Origin: an uncultured Alphaproteobacteria bacterium
Lineage (GTDB): Bacteria > Pseudomonadota > Alphaproteobacteria > Rs-D84 > CACZYB01
Assembly (NCBI GenBank): GCA_944392955.1
Contig: CALXYK010000010.1
Span: 22,758-86,757, forward strand
Reading direction: 5' to 3'
DNA length: 64,000 bases
The notes under the pieces were generated by a model. It did no database searches, was not told the DNA's origin, and worked only from the letters and a program-made list of their open reading frames with translations. Each line of letters begins with the position of its first letter. Within the stretch, counting starts at the first letter, position 1. A program made the translations under genes and the position numbers. Shown here in pieces: positions 45,911-54,599 of this stretch.

Positions 45911-47161
45911 TTAATATAACTTTATCTTTTCCAAAATTATATCTTGTGTAGTTTTATTATGCTTCTTTAATTCTTCATTTACAATATTTTCAATTGTACT
46001 TTTTAACCCTGATGAAATAAAAGAATTATTTGTTAAACCGATAGCAATCTTCCAAGGTTCTTCTATCTTGCCACCCATCTGACTTGTTAAATAAACAGTA
46101 TTTTCAATACCTATTTGATTATAAATTCTATTAGATATAATATTTCCAATAACAGTAAATAATTTTCCTGTATGATATACAGGATTTTTACCACATGGCG
46201 CTTCTAAAGAAATATTACGACAAAAAGGAATAAATCCACAACTTCTGTTTCCTCGTCCAACAGCCCCCTCATCACCACTTTCGACAGCGCTTCCTGTTAA
46301 CGTTAAATATAAATCATCATTTTCTAAATTATCTCTTGTATTTATAGAAATATTAAAAGTATAACCCAAGTATTTTTGGGATAAAATATCGATTAAAAAA
46401 CTTTTTAAAAACTTTATATTATTTCTATAAAAATCTTTATCTGGAGTATATAAAGAAATAAAAGCTATACAAGTTGTAATATCTATATTTTTTCCAATTC
46501 GTGTTCCCATTACTTTTATATCATTTCCGACAAAAGAATATTTTCTTTTAAATTCTTTAGAATTCAGTTGATTTTCCACATATAACACAACATTTTCTAA
46601 AACTGTGTATGGATAAAAACTAACTGTAGTAGATGTGTCATTTGTTCTATTCATATTATTATGATATTGTATAAAAGTTTCATTTTTTATGTTGAAAAAA
46701 CTGGAACGTTCATTATTTGTTGTTCCATCTTTCTTATATACGACACCGGGGCCTTGTGATGAATGTGTATTATCTATTATTTCTATATTTTTTTTACAAT
46801 CTATCATAGGAAATAGAAATTTCATATGTTCATAAATAGTTTCTGTTGCAATATCTACATATGGAATTTTTTCATTACAGAAATTTTCTGTAAATCGTCC
46901 ATTTAAGAGTATTCTTATAGGCTTTATAAATTCTCCACCACCAAAATATACTTTTGTTTTTCCACCTAAAATAGATAATTTATCAATCATATGTCTAAAT
47001 ATATGTCCATACTTTTGATACGTATATAAAGAATAATTAGCACTTATTTTTTCAGCTAAACTATCACAAATAGTATCAGGATGACCAATACCTTTACGTT
47101 CAACGACTTCATAATCTTGTTCATTAACATTAGTGTTTGAATTAAAAATACAAATATCCAT
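45911..47161 (-). CDS. mat: Archaeal-type S-adenosylmethionine synthetase
   Basis: VERKGIGHPDTICD, NDTS, DIKVMG, GDEGAVGRGNR, GKNPVYHTGK. Confidence 0.9.
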   Translation of the reverse strand: MDICIFNSNTNVNEQDYEVVERKGIGHPDTICDSLAEKISANYSLYTYQKYGHIFRHMIDKLSILGGKTKVYFGGGEFIKPIRILLNGRFTENFCNEKIPYVDIATETIYEHMKFLFPMIDCKKNIEIIDNTHSSQGPGVVYKKDGTTNNERSSFFNIKNETFIQYHNNMNRTNDTSTTVSFYPYTVLENVVLYVENQLNSKEFKRKYSFVGNDIKVMGTRIGKNIDITTCIAFISLYTPDKDFYRNNIKFLKSFLIDILSQKYLGYTFNISINTRDNLENDDLYLTLTGSAVESGDEGAVGRGNRSCGFIPFCRNISLEAPCGKNPVYHTGKLFTVIGNIISNRIYNQIGIENTVYLTSQMGGKIEEPWKIAIGLTNNSFISSGLKSTIENIVNEELKKHNKTTQDIILEKIKLY

Positions 47162-47171
47162 ATAAAACTCC

Positions 47172-47843
47172 TTACCGTTTTACATAAGTCTCTTCTAAAA
47201 ATATTTTATTATTGTTGTTGTAGATATTTATCTTATCAACAAATTGTCTGTAAAAATTAACAGCTGGTAAAACTTCATTGAAACCTTGTTCGATTAAATC
47301 AATTGGTATATACCCACCTCCATTTTTATAATGACGCTCTATTACTCTATCAATAGCTATATCTTTATCTACTAGAATAGCATTGATTTCTATTTTATAT
47401 CCCAAATTGCTTATATATTTAACCATATTTTTTTTATTTGAATCCAGACCTCCACAATCATAAAAAACATTTACTTTATTTGAAATCAAATAATCTAAAA
47501 TATAGAACGATAATTTTCTAGAAATTGTTTCACAAATTCGAAAATCATTATGTGATGATTTATTTAATAATTTTAGTTCTTTGAAAATTTGTAAATTATG
47601 CATAATTTCATCTCCTGATAAGAAGGCATAATCTTTATAATATTGCTTTACATTATTAAAAAATGTACTTTTTCCAGCTCCACTAATACCCAACATCATA
47701 ATAAATTTTGGTGTTGAATTATTAAATTTTACACCACTTAATATAGAAGAGTAAAAATTATCTATTTCTTTTTTTGATAACTCATTAACTTCATCATAAA
47801 CAGATTGCTTATAACATAAAAATTCAGAAATTAATACTCCCAT
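47172..47843 (-). CDS. Zeta-toxin-like P-loop kinase
   Basis: GISGAGKST Walker A, DEI, VFYD, AIDRVIER...GG.IP lid. Confidence 0.78.
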   Translation of the reverse strand: MGVLISEFLCYKQSVYDEVNELSKKEIDNFYSSILSGVKFNNSTPKFIMMLGISGAGKSTFFNNVKQYYKDYAFLSGDEIMHNLQIFKELKLLNKSSHNDFRICETISRKLSFYILDYLISNKVNVFYDCGGLDSNKKNMVKYISNLGYKIEINAILVDKDIAIDRVIERHYKNGGGYIPIDLIEQGFNEVLPAVNFYRQFVDKINIYNNNNKIFLEETYVKR

Positions 47844-48953
47844 TCATTTAACCTTTTCTTTAAATAATTTATCTAAAATTATACTTGTATTTTCTCTATA
47901 AATACGACTTTTTAAAGATTTTATAAATGCATTATCTGGCAATGTTATATCTATATTTGTTTTTATATTATACTTTTTTAATAAATCTAACAAATATGCA
48001 TGTTCATTTCTCTCAACTTCTTTTTCTATAATGTTACAAATTTTACTATATGGAACAAATGTATTAGATTTCCATTCATCATATGCTATTTGCTCTATTT
48101 TATTTAAGGGTATTGATATATTTGCATTATCAAAAACAAAATGTTTTAATAGTTGCCTTAGTCTATATCCATGATTATTATTACTTGGAACTATCCCATT
48201 ACCAGTAATTAAGATAGAAGTTCTTATAGAATCAATGATAGTTGTAATTTGATTGATAGAAACATTATCATTTTTAAATTCATCATAAATTTCCTTGTAT
48301 CTAGAAAAATAATAATTGTCTTTTTTAGATAACCATTCCATTCTTTCTACACCAAATCCTACTTCCATAATATTAGAAACTTGATTTGAATTGATAGGAA
48401 AATATTTCATAAAAATACATTCTCCCATTCTAAAATTATTATAATATAAACTAGCAACATACGTATTAAATTTTCTAGTTCCCCAAGTATTAGATTTTTC
48501 TTCAAACCTAACTAATAAATCATTATTATTATATCCATAATTATTAAGTAAAGAAATATAATTTTTTGTTTTATCTAAAAATTCATTATTTGAAATATCA
48601 AATATAATTGAAGAAAAATTAATAAAAGATGTAGAAACACCTTCTTTTGTTTTACCGATAAATTGAGTCCTTATAGATGGTTGATAAACACAAAAATCTT
48701 TTAAAATCTCATTGTTTTTTATCATTGTTTCTATATGCTGTACTCCTGCACATGTAAAAAGTGTTGTAGCATTATCTGTTCTTATAACATTATCCGCAGA
48801 AATTAATGGAACATCGTTGAAATATTCATGAATATATTGTTTAGGGAAATTATCAATATTTTTTTTATCTTTAAATCGGAAATATTCACCAGATACTTTT
48901 TTTAAATTTAAAAAAGAAGAAATTTTAGATATAAATTCTTTATAATTATTCAT
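47844..48953 (-). CDS. Stand-alone alanyl-tRNA-synthetase catalytic-core paralogue
   Basis: TTLFTCAGVQ, QPSIR, TSFINFS, EVGFGVER, DSIR...GIVPSNNNHGYRLR; no editing or C-Ala domain. Confidence 0.8.
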   Translation of the reverse strand: MNNYKEFISKISSFLNLKKVSGEYFRFKDKKNIDNFPKQYIHEYFNDVPLISADNVIRTDNATTLFTCAGVQHIETMIKNNEILKDFCVYQPSIRTQFIGKTKEGVSTSFINFSSIIFDISNNEFLDKTKNYISLLNNYGYNNNDLLVRFEEKSNTWGTRKFNTYVASLYYNNFRMGECIFMKYFPINSNQVSNIMEVGFGVERMEWLSKKDNYYFSRYKEIYDEFKNDNVSINQITTIIDSIRTSILITGNGIVPSNNNHGYRLRQLLKHFVFDNANISIPLNKIEQIAYDEWKSNTFVPYSKICNIIEKEVERNEHAYLLDLLKKYNIKTNIDITLPDNAFIKSLKSRIYRENTSIILDKLFKEKVK

Positions 48954-49019
48954 TTATCACCTTGAAATAATTATATATTGTGATACAATTATATAGTATA
49001 TTTTAAAAAAGGCAATAAA

Positions 49020-49925
49020 ATGTTTCATATATTTTCATGTAATTCAAAGACTATTTTAAAATGCTATCTTCCAGAACTTGATGGACATAAAATTTACTTC
49101 CAAGTATTCGGTAATCCAAATGGGAAACCTATCTTAAATTTTCATGGTGGTCCAGGTGCAAAAAGTAAGTTTAAATATGTAAAATGTTGTGATCTCAAAA
49201 AATATAAAGTAATCATTTTTGATCAACGTGGCTGTGGGAATTCTGAATTTAAAGATTTATTTTATAAAAATACAACACAAGATACCATTAATGATGCAAA
49301 AAGGATTTTGGATTACCTTAATATAAAAGAAAAGGTAATTTTATTTGGTGGTTCATGGGGGGCAACACTTGCACTTTTGTTCGCAGAAAAATATCATGAA
49401 TTAGTTGATAAAATGATTGTATCTCAGACTTTTTTAGCAAGGAAAAAAGATGTGGATTGGTTATATAAAGATTCAAAAATGTTCTATCCTGACATAATTG
49501 AAAAACTTTCACCATATCTTATAAACACAAATAAAGATTTGAAAATTTTATTGAAGCAAAGTAATACTAAAATTAATAAAACAGTAAAATATCTTACAAA
49601 TTATGACCATCAAATTGGGAAGTTAAAAATAAACATTGATAAAGAAATAAATGACCGTACATATAATTATTTTAAAGTTTATATGCATTATTACATACAA
49701 AATTATTTCATAAAAGAAAATGAAATATTGGATAATATTGATAAAATTAAAAATATTCCAACTCTTATAGTGGGAAATAGACTAGATTTCTGTACTCCAA
49801 TTGAACAGGCATATACATTGCATAAAGCAATGCCTAAATCGACTTTACATATTATTGATAGTTTTGGACATGGAAGCAAAAAACAAAATAAACTTTTGCC
49901 AAAACTTATAAAAGAATTTTTGTAA
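49020..49925 (+). CDS. pip: Proline iminopeptidase (S33)
   Basis: HGGPG, DQRGCG, GGSWG nucleophile, RLD, GH. Confidence 0.88.
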   Translation: MFHIFSCNSKTILKCYLPELDGHKIYFQVFGNPNGKPILNFHGGPGAKSKFKYVKCCDLKKYKVIIFDQRGCGNSEFKDLFYKNTTQDTINDAKRILDYLNIKEKVILFGGSWGATLALLFAEKYHELVDKMIVSQTFLARKKDVDWLYKDSKMFYPDIIEKLSPYLINTNKDLKILLKQSNTKINKTVKYLTNYDHQIGKLKINIDKEINDRTYNYFKVYMHYYIQNYFIKENEILDNIDKIKNIPTLIVGNRLDFCTPIEQAYTLHKAMPKSTLHIIDSFGHGSKKQNKLLPKLIKEFL

Positions 49926-50262
49926 TTTAACACAAAATTACATCTAATTTTAATAATTAGATAAAAATGAAAAATTATTTCAATGAAAATTTTATAAAAA
50001 TCCTCGTAAATTTCAATTTTTTTACTTTTTAACTTAACAATAGAAATAAATATGAAAAGTAAATATACTATTTCCGAAATGAAGAAAGAAAAATTTTATT
50101 GGATTCTAAATTGTTATACAATATTTTACCAGATAATTTACAATTAATTAATAACAATTTTACTAAATTTGTAAAAATTGAAAAAATTTATTTAATTATG
50201 AAAAACTTATAATAAAAATCGATATAACAAAAACTCTAGTCAAAACTGAGTTTTACAGGCAA

Positions 50263-50289
50263 AGAAAAAACCGCCACTAGGACGGTTTC
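50263..50289 (-). terminator. Terminator downstream of the tRNA
   Basis: AAACCG/CGGTTT stem followed by a T-run on the minus strand. Confidence 0.6.
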
Positions 50290-50297
50290 CTGATTTT

Positions 50298-50374
50298 TGG
50301 TGGCGCCCCCCAGACTCGAACTGGGGACCTGCGGATTATGATTCCGTCGCTCTAACCGACTGAGCTAGGGCGCC
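50298..50374 (-). tRNA. tRNA-Met(CAT), elongator type
   Basis: Cloverleaf with paired GGCGCCC acceptor, TTCGA T-loop, CAT anticodon and encoded CCA; lacks initiator features (Ile2 not fully excluded). Confidence 0.93.
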
Positions 50375-50441
50375 GATGTCGTAAGATGTTAAATCAATTT
50401 TATAAAAAAGTCAATATCAATTATTAAAATACCTCAAAACT

Positions 50442-51194
50442 TTATTTTTGATATTCGTTTAAACTCTTAATTATATTTTCCAAATTAATTAACTGCTTTT
50501 CGGATAAGGAAATTTCTCCCATTTCAGTATATTTAGCAATACGCAAAAATTCTCCGTAAACATATTGCTTAGATAACTCATTTTCAGCCCAATGATTTTC
50601 ATCTACTTTTATACCCAGTGCATCTATACTAGCAGTATACCCAATTGTGGAAATTTGACTTTCTTTAAATTGTGGAAGATTTTGTTGGGCGGTTAATTTT
50701 GCACGTAAAGTATTTTCCTTAGTCGTTAATATAGTAAGATGTTTTGCTTCCTTATAATATCCAAGTTCAGATGCATTTTGAAAGTTTTCCTTGGAATTAG
50801 TGCTTGTAGTTTCAAGAAGTAAAGATTTCTTAATTCCTATGTTATTTAACTCCTTTTGTATAATTTCTGCCTCTGGAATAGTAAGGGCATCATGCCAATT
50901 TCTTTTTCCACCTGCGACATAAAGGTTTTTAACCAACCCAGTTTCTTGCGAATTTTCTTTATAATTTGGATTTATTCCACCAGAAATAATTATATTTGTA
51001 TCAGGATTTTCCTTTATCACATTTAGTGCCTTATGAGATAGATTATCAAGAAATGCAATGTTGCCCATAATTTGAAAAATAGTTTCAGGATAAAATTTTC
51101 CTTCTTGATCTTTTAAAAAAAGAAATACTGTTATCAAACGAACAATTGTTTCGTTAAATTTAGGGGTTTTAGGTAGTTTATCTATTATTCTCAT
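50442..51194 (-). CDS. DUF218 (YdcF/ElyC/SanA-like) protein
   Basis: IISGG, PEA, LETTSTNSKEN, LRA, GEFLRI. Confidence 0.75.
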   Translation of the reverse strand: MRIIDKLPKTPKFNETIVRLITVFLFLKDQEGKFYPETIFQIMGNIAFLDNLSHKALNVIKENPDTNIIISGGINPNYKENSQETGLVKNLYVAGGKRNWHDALTIPEAEIIQKELNNIGIKKSLLLETTSTNSKENFQNASELGYYKEAKHLTILTTKENTLRAKLTAQQNLPQFKESQISTIGYTASIDALGIKVDENHWAENELSKQYVYGEFLRIAKYTEMGEISLSEKQLINLENIIKSLNEYQK

Positions 51195-51363
51195 TTTAGA
51201 ATCCTTATTTCTAATTTAGTTATTCATACTTAAATATATAGTGGCAATTTTTTATTTTGTCAACAAACCATTTGTTTTTCAATGTTTACTAAATAATATT
51301 ATTTCCTATTGTTTATTTTTTTATAAGTGATATAATCTGTATGTTAACAAAAAGGAGGTTATT

Positions 51364-51762
51364 ATGAAAAAATTATTATCTACTTTTGCTATTTGTCTTT
51401 GTTTGTTTGCTTGCTTAAAACAGAATGATTTAAAAGGTAATAAGTTTGTTTCAAATGCTGATAATGGGACTTTGATTACCTTAGGATTTGACGAGAAAGA
51501 AAATAGGCTATATGGTAAAGTTGTAAATAACTATTTTGCTACATACAAACTTGATGGAAATAACTTAATGCTAAATGGTGTAGGTTCTACTATGATGATG
51601 GGAATGCCTAATGCTATGCAAACTGAACAAGACTTTTTTGAATTTCTTAACTCTTCTCCTATAACTTATGTCATAGAAGGTGAAGAACTTACTTTGAATA
51701 ATGCAAAAGGTGATGTAATAAAATTTATTCAAGTAGAAGAATTCCCAGAAATGGAACAATAA
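51364..51762 (+). CDS. META/HslJ-domain lipoprotein
   Basis: Lipobox LFAC, VNNY, STMMMG, EQDF. Confidence 0.85.
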   Translation: MKKLLSTFAICLCLFACLKQNDLKGNKFVSNADNGTLITLGFDEKENRLYGKVVNNYFATYKLDGNNLMLNGVGSTMMMGMPNAMQTEQDFFEFLNSSPITYVIEGEELTLNNAKGDVIKFIQVEEFPEMEQ

Positions 51763-51784
51763 AAACTTTCAATTATATAATTAG

Positions 51785-51811
51785 AAGGGCTTTTAAAGCC
51801 CTTATTTTTTT
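51785..51811 (+). terminator. Intrinsic terminator
   Basis: AAGGGCTT/AAGCCCTT stem plus T-run. Confidence 0.75.
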
Positions 51812-51893
51812 ATAAAATTGTTTAGGAATATCATATTATAGATAATTTTGTTAATCTTGCTTATAATTTCTACTGCTGAATAAGGAGGTTAAA

Positions 51894-52448
51894 ATGAAAA
51901 TTCCTTTGAATATTTTAAAAGTTTTACAAGATGATAAAATGGCTCCTGTTATTGGAAATCCAGATGCCGAAAATGTAATTTATGAATTTTTTGATTATAA
52001 TTGCGGGCATTGTAAAAATCAATATTTTGTATTAGAAGATTTAATTTCAAAAAATAAAAATGTAAAAATAATCCTTGAAAATTTTCCTATATTCCCAATA
52101 TCTCAAATACCTGCAATGGCAACAATAGCATCTAAAAATCAGGGAAAGGCATTTTTATTAAACAAAGCATTATTTGAAAATAATCTTTTACCGGCAAATT
52201 ATTCAAATTTTTCTATGGAAGAATTAAACAAAAAGGTATTAGAAAAAGTTTTTAAAATTGCTGAAAAAACAGGAATAAATCTTGAATTATTAAAAAAAGA
52301 TATTATTTCCAAAGATATTGAAAATGAAATTCAAAAAATACGGAATTTGGCTCATTCCTTAAATATACATGGAACCCCCGCTTTGATTATAAATGGCGAA
52401 TTATACCCTACTTTTATGAAATTAGATGAAATTAAAAAACTTTTATAA
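51894..52448 (+). CDS. DsbA-family thioredoxin-fold protein
   Basis: EFFDYNCGHCK, FPI, GTP cis-Pro loop. Confidence 0.88.
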   Translation: MKIPLNILKVLQDDKMAPVIGNPDAENVIYEFFDYNCGHCKNQYFVLEDLISKNKNVKIILENFPIFPISQIPAMATIASKNQGKAFLLNKALFENNLLPANYSNFSMEELNKKVLEKVFKIAEKTGINLELLKKDIISKDIENEIQKIRNLAHSLNIHGTPALIINGELYPTFMKLDEIKKLL

Positions 52449-52566
52449 TTTTATTGACTTTTTATTTATTATGTCTATAATCTCCTTAAACTTGTAATAT
52501 GTGGGAGTGTGAAGTATTTAAAATATCCTGATATTAGCGAGTTTATGATATAGAAATAGAAAAGGA

Positions 52567-52884
52567 ATGAATATGAACGATTTGGAAAAAGGTCTTAGGA
52601 TTGAACTTCGTAGAAAAAAATACGGATATATTAAGAAAAATCAAGAAAAAAGAAAGAAAATAAAAGAAAATATTGCAAAACTTTCAAATGATATAAATGC
52701 TTTGGATTATATGATTGCATCTATTATAGATAGTTATTCATCTTCTGAAACAAAAGATGAAATGCTTGCAAAATACAGAAAACAAAGAGAAGTTCTTTTT
52801 TCTAAAATGAAAGATAAAATTATGGAATTGGATTCTGTTCCAACTCTGTTAAACGATATAGTAAAATTATTTAAAACAAAATAA
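52567..52884 (+). CDS. Hypothetical helical protein, paralogue of the next ORF
   Basis: TTGACT...TATAAT promoter, RBS, similarity to 52897-53196. Confidence 0.65.
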   Translation: MNMNDLEKGLRIELRRKKYGYIKKNQEKRKKIKENIAKLSNDINALDYMIASIIDSYSSSETKDEMLAKYRKQREVLFSKMKDKIMELDSVPTLLNDIVKLFKTK

Positions 52885-52896
52885 AGGAGCAAAAAT

Positions 52897-53196
52897 ATGA
52901 AAAATCAAAAAAAAGATAGTAAATTTACTAGAGCAATTGATAATATAAAAAAGCGAAATAATATCCAAAGTATTATCTTTGAAATAAATAGAGAAATCGG
53001 TGTTTTAGAACAACTTATATTTATGATAAAAGAGAGTAGAACACATAGTGAAGAGGCAAAAAAAATTCTTGTCGCTCAGTATGAAGAAAGGCTTAAAGAA
53101 ACAGAAGATAGATTGACTAGATTTATTGGGTATTATTATGAAGTCCCTTCTTTTATGGAAACCATTTTGAATTTACAAAATTTGAAAGATAGATAA
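52897..53196 (+). CDS. Hypothetical helical protein
   Basis: AGGAG RBS; aligns by eye with the previous ORF. Confidence 0.65.
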   Translation: MKNQKKDSKFTRAIDNIKKRNNIQSIIFEINREIGVLEQLIFMIKESRTHSEEAKKILVAQYEERLKETEDRLTRFIGYYYEVPSFMETILNLQNLKDR

Positions 53197-53209
53197 AAAA
53201 TAAGATAAA

Positions 53210-53243
53210 AAAATCCCCCTTTTGATAAGGGGGATTTTGTTTT
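53210..53243. terminator. Bidirectional terminator
   Basis: AAAATCCCCCTT/AAGGGGGATTTT stem between convergent genes. Confidence 0.8.
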
Positions 53244-54546
53244 AGAACATAAGTGTCGTTCTTAAACTTGCAACAGTTGCGGTGTCATGGCTTCTATCCA
53301 ATGCTGGATTGAAATAGAATTGCAAATCTGGTGTTATAGTCATCCAATTTCCAATTCCCCATGCCCAATAAGTTTCTAGAACAGTTTCATAATCTCGGGT
53401 ATTTTCTGTTCCAATTATATCTTTGTTCGCTTTGTTAATTGCTGCGGCAAAACCTATTTGATCCAAGGCATTCCTGTTAAGAGGATTATTTAATACACTA
53501 CCTAAAACATATGATTGTTCTATTTCTGATGGTGAATTTTCAGCACCATTTATTCTTCCAAATATAGATAACTTTTCGTTTAGGGCTTGTTCAAAATTTA
53601 ATGACCAACCATTAGATGTGCCTTCTTGCTCTGTTACACTTGGTTGATTATAAACAAGTATGGAATACTGCCCTGCTCCTAGACTTTTGATTATAGGCGC
53701 ATAGGAGATAGATGCAAAACTTGTATATTCTCCTTTACCAAAATCATTTGCACTTATTGATGTTCCACTTACATTATTTGCATCTTGCATTCCAACTATT
53801 ACCTCCCATTCGGAATTTATTGTAAATGTGAAGTATGCTCCTAAACTTGCAAGTGGGTATGTTGAACTGGCATTTTGTGAAAGTGCATAGTTCAAAAAGT
53901 TAATTTGCTGATTGGCATCATAATTAGTTCCGTCAAAATTATATATTGGAAATTGTCCTATTGTTATAGAAAACCAATCTAAATCTCCTGCAAATTGTTG
54001 TGTATAACTTAATTGATCAAAAGAATTTGATTTCGTGCTGTAATCATTTATTGCTGATAAAACATCTATTCTGTCGCTGATATCTTGAGCTGTTGTGGAA
54101 TTCCAATAACGAGTTGGTGTATAACTAGCGTTTATAGTTCCTGTTCCATATTCGTTATCAAATAGTTCCCATGAAATACTTGGATATGCCTGAAATTGGA
54201 TAGATGTTCCTTTACCATTAGGGGCTCCTCTTTGTCCTAGAACCGACATATCAAAGGAATATGAAAAACCTGTTTCTTCGGCAAGTTTGTTTTTCCAATT
54301 CGTGTATTCTTCCTCCCAACTATTAGGGTTAGAAAGTGAGTGTCTTTTATTCGTATAATTTTTTTTATTACTAGACTCTTTTGAAGCATAAATATTAGAT
54401 GAATTCACTATACCATCACTTTGGTAAATTTCTTCTATCGTATATGTATCTACTTCTATACCAACCATTTCTTGACCATATGAATATGATGGAGACATAC
54501 ACAATGATAATAAACCTATTACCATTTTATCTTTTTTTAATAACAT
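53242..54546 (-). CDS. aaxA: OprB-family porin, AaxA-like
   Basis: Signal peptide, YALSQNAS, ITPDLQF..NPA, terminal Phe; operon context. Confidence 0.8.
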   Translation of the reverse strand: MLLKKDKMVIGLLSLCMSPSYSYGQEMVGIEVDTYTIEEIYQSDGIVNSSNIYASKESSNKKNYTNKRHSLSNPNSWEEEYTNWKNKLAEETGFSYSFDMSVLGQRGAPNGKGTSIQFQAYPSISWELFDNEYGTGTINASYTPTRYWNSTTAQDISDRIDVLSAINDYSTKSNSFDQLSYTQQFAGDLDWFSITIGQFPIYNFDGTNYDANQQINFLNYALSQNASSTYPLASLGAYFTFTINSEWEVIVGMQDANNVSGTSISANDFGKGEYTSFASISYAPIIKSLGAGQYSILVYNQPSVTEQEGTSNGWSLNFEQALNEKLSIFGRINGAENSPSEIEQSYVLGSVLNNPLNRNALDQIGFAAAINKANKDIIGTENTRDYETVLETYWAWGIGNWMTITPDLQFYFNPALDRSHDTATVASLRTTLMF

Positions 54547-54599
54547 CTTTACCTCCTTTTATATAAGGGAAGATTTTAATCTTCCCTTTGTTAAATTTA

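Larger units (their letters stand above)
45724..50304. mobile_element. Putative integrase-less genomic islet at tRNA-Met
   Basis: Flanking direct repeat; very AT-rich cargo atypical of the host; no integrase seen. Confidence 0.55.

Noticed and set aside
47172-47843. Classical epsilon-zeta toxin-antitoxin pair
   Set aside because: No small antitoxin gene is adjacent, and the kinase sits in the middle of an enzyme operon.
49930-50260. Short ORF fragments such as MKSKYTISEMKK at about 50052
   Set aside because: Too short and AT-rich to call as a gene or an integrase remnant.
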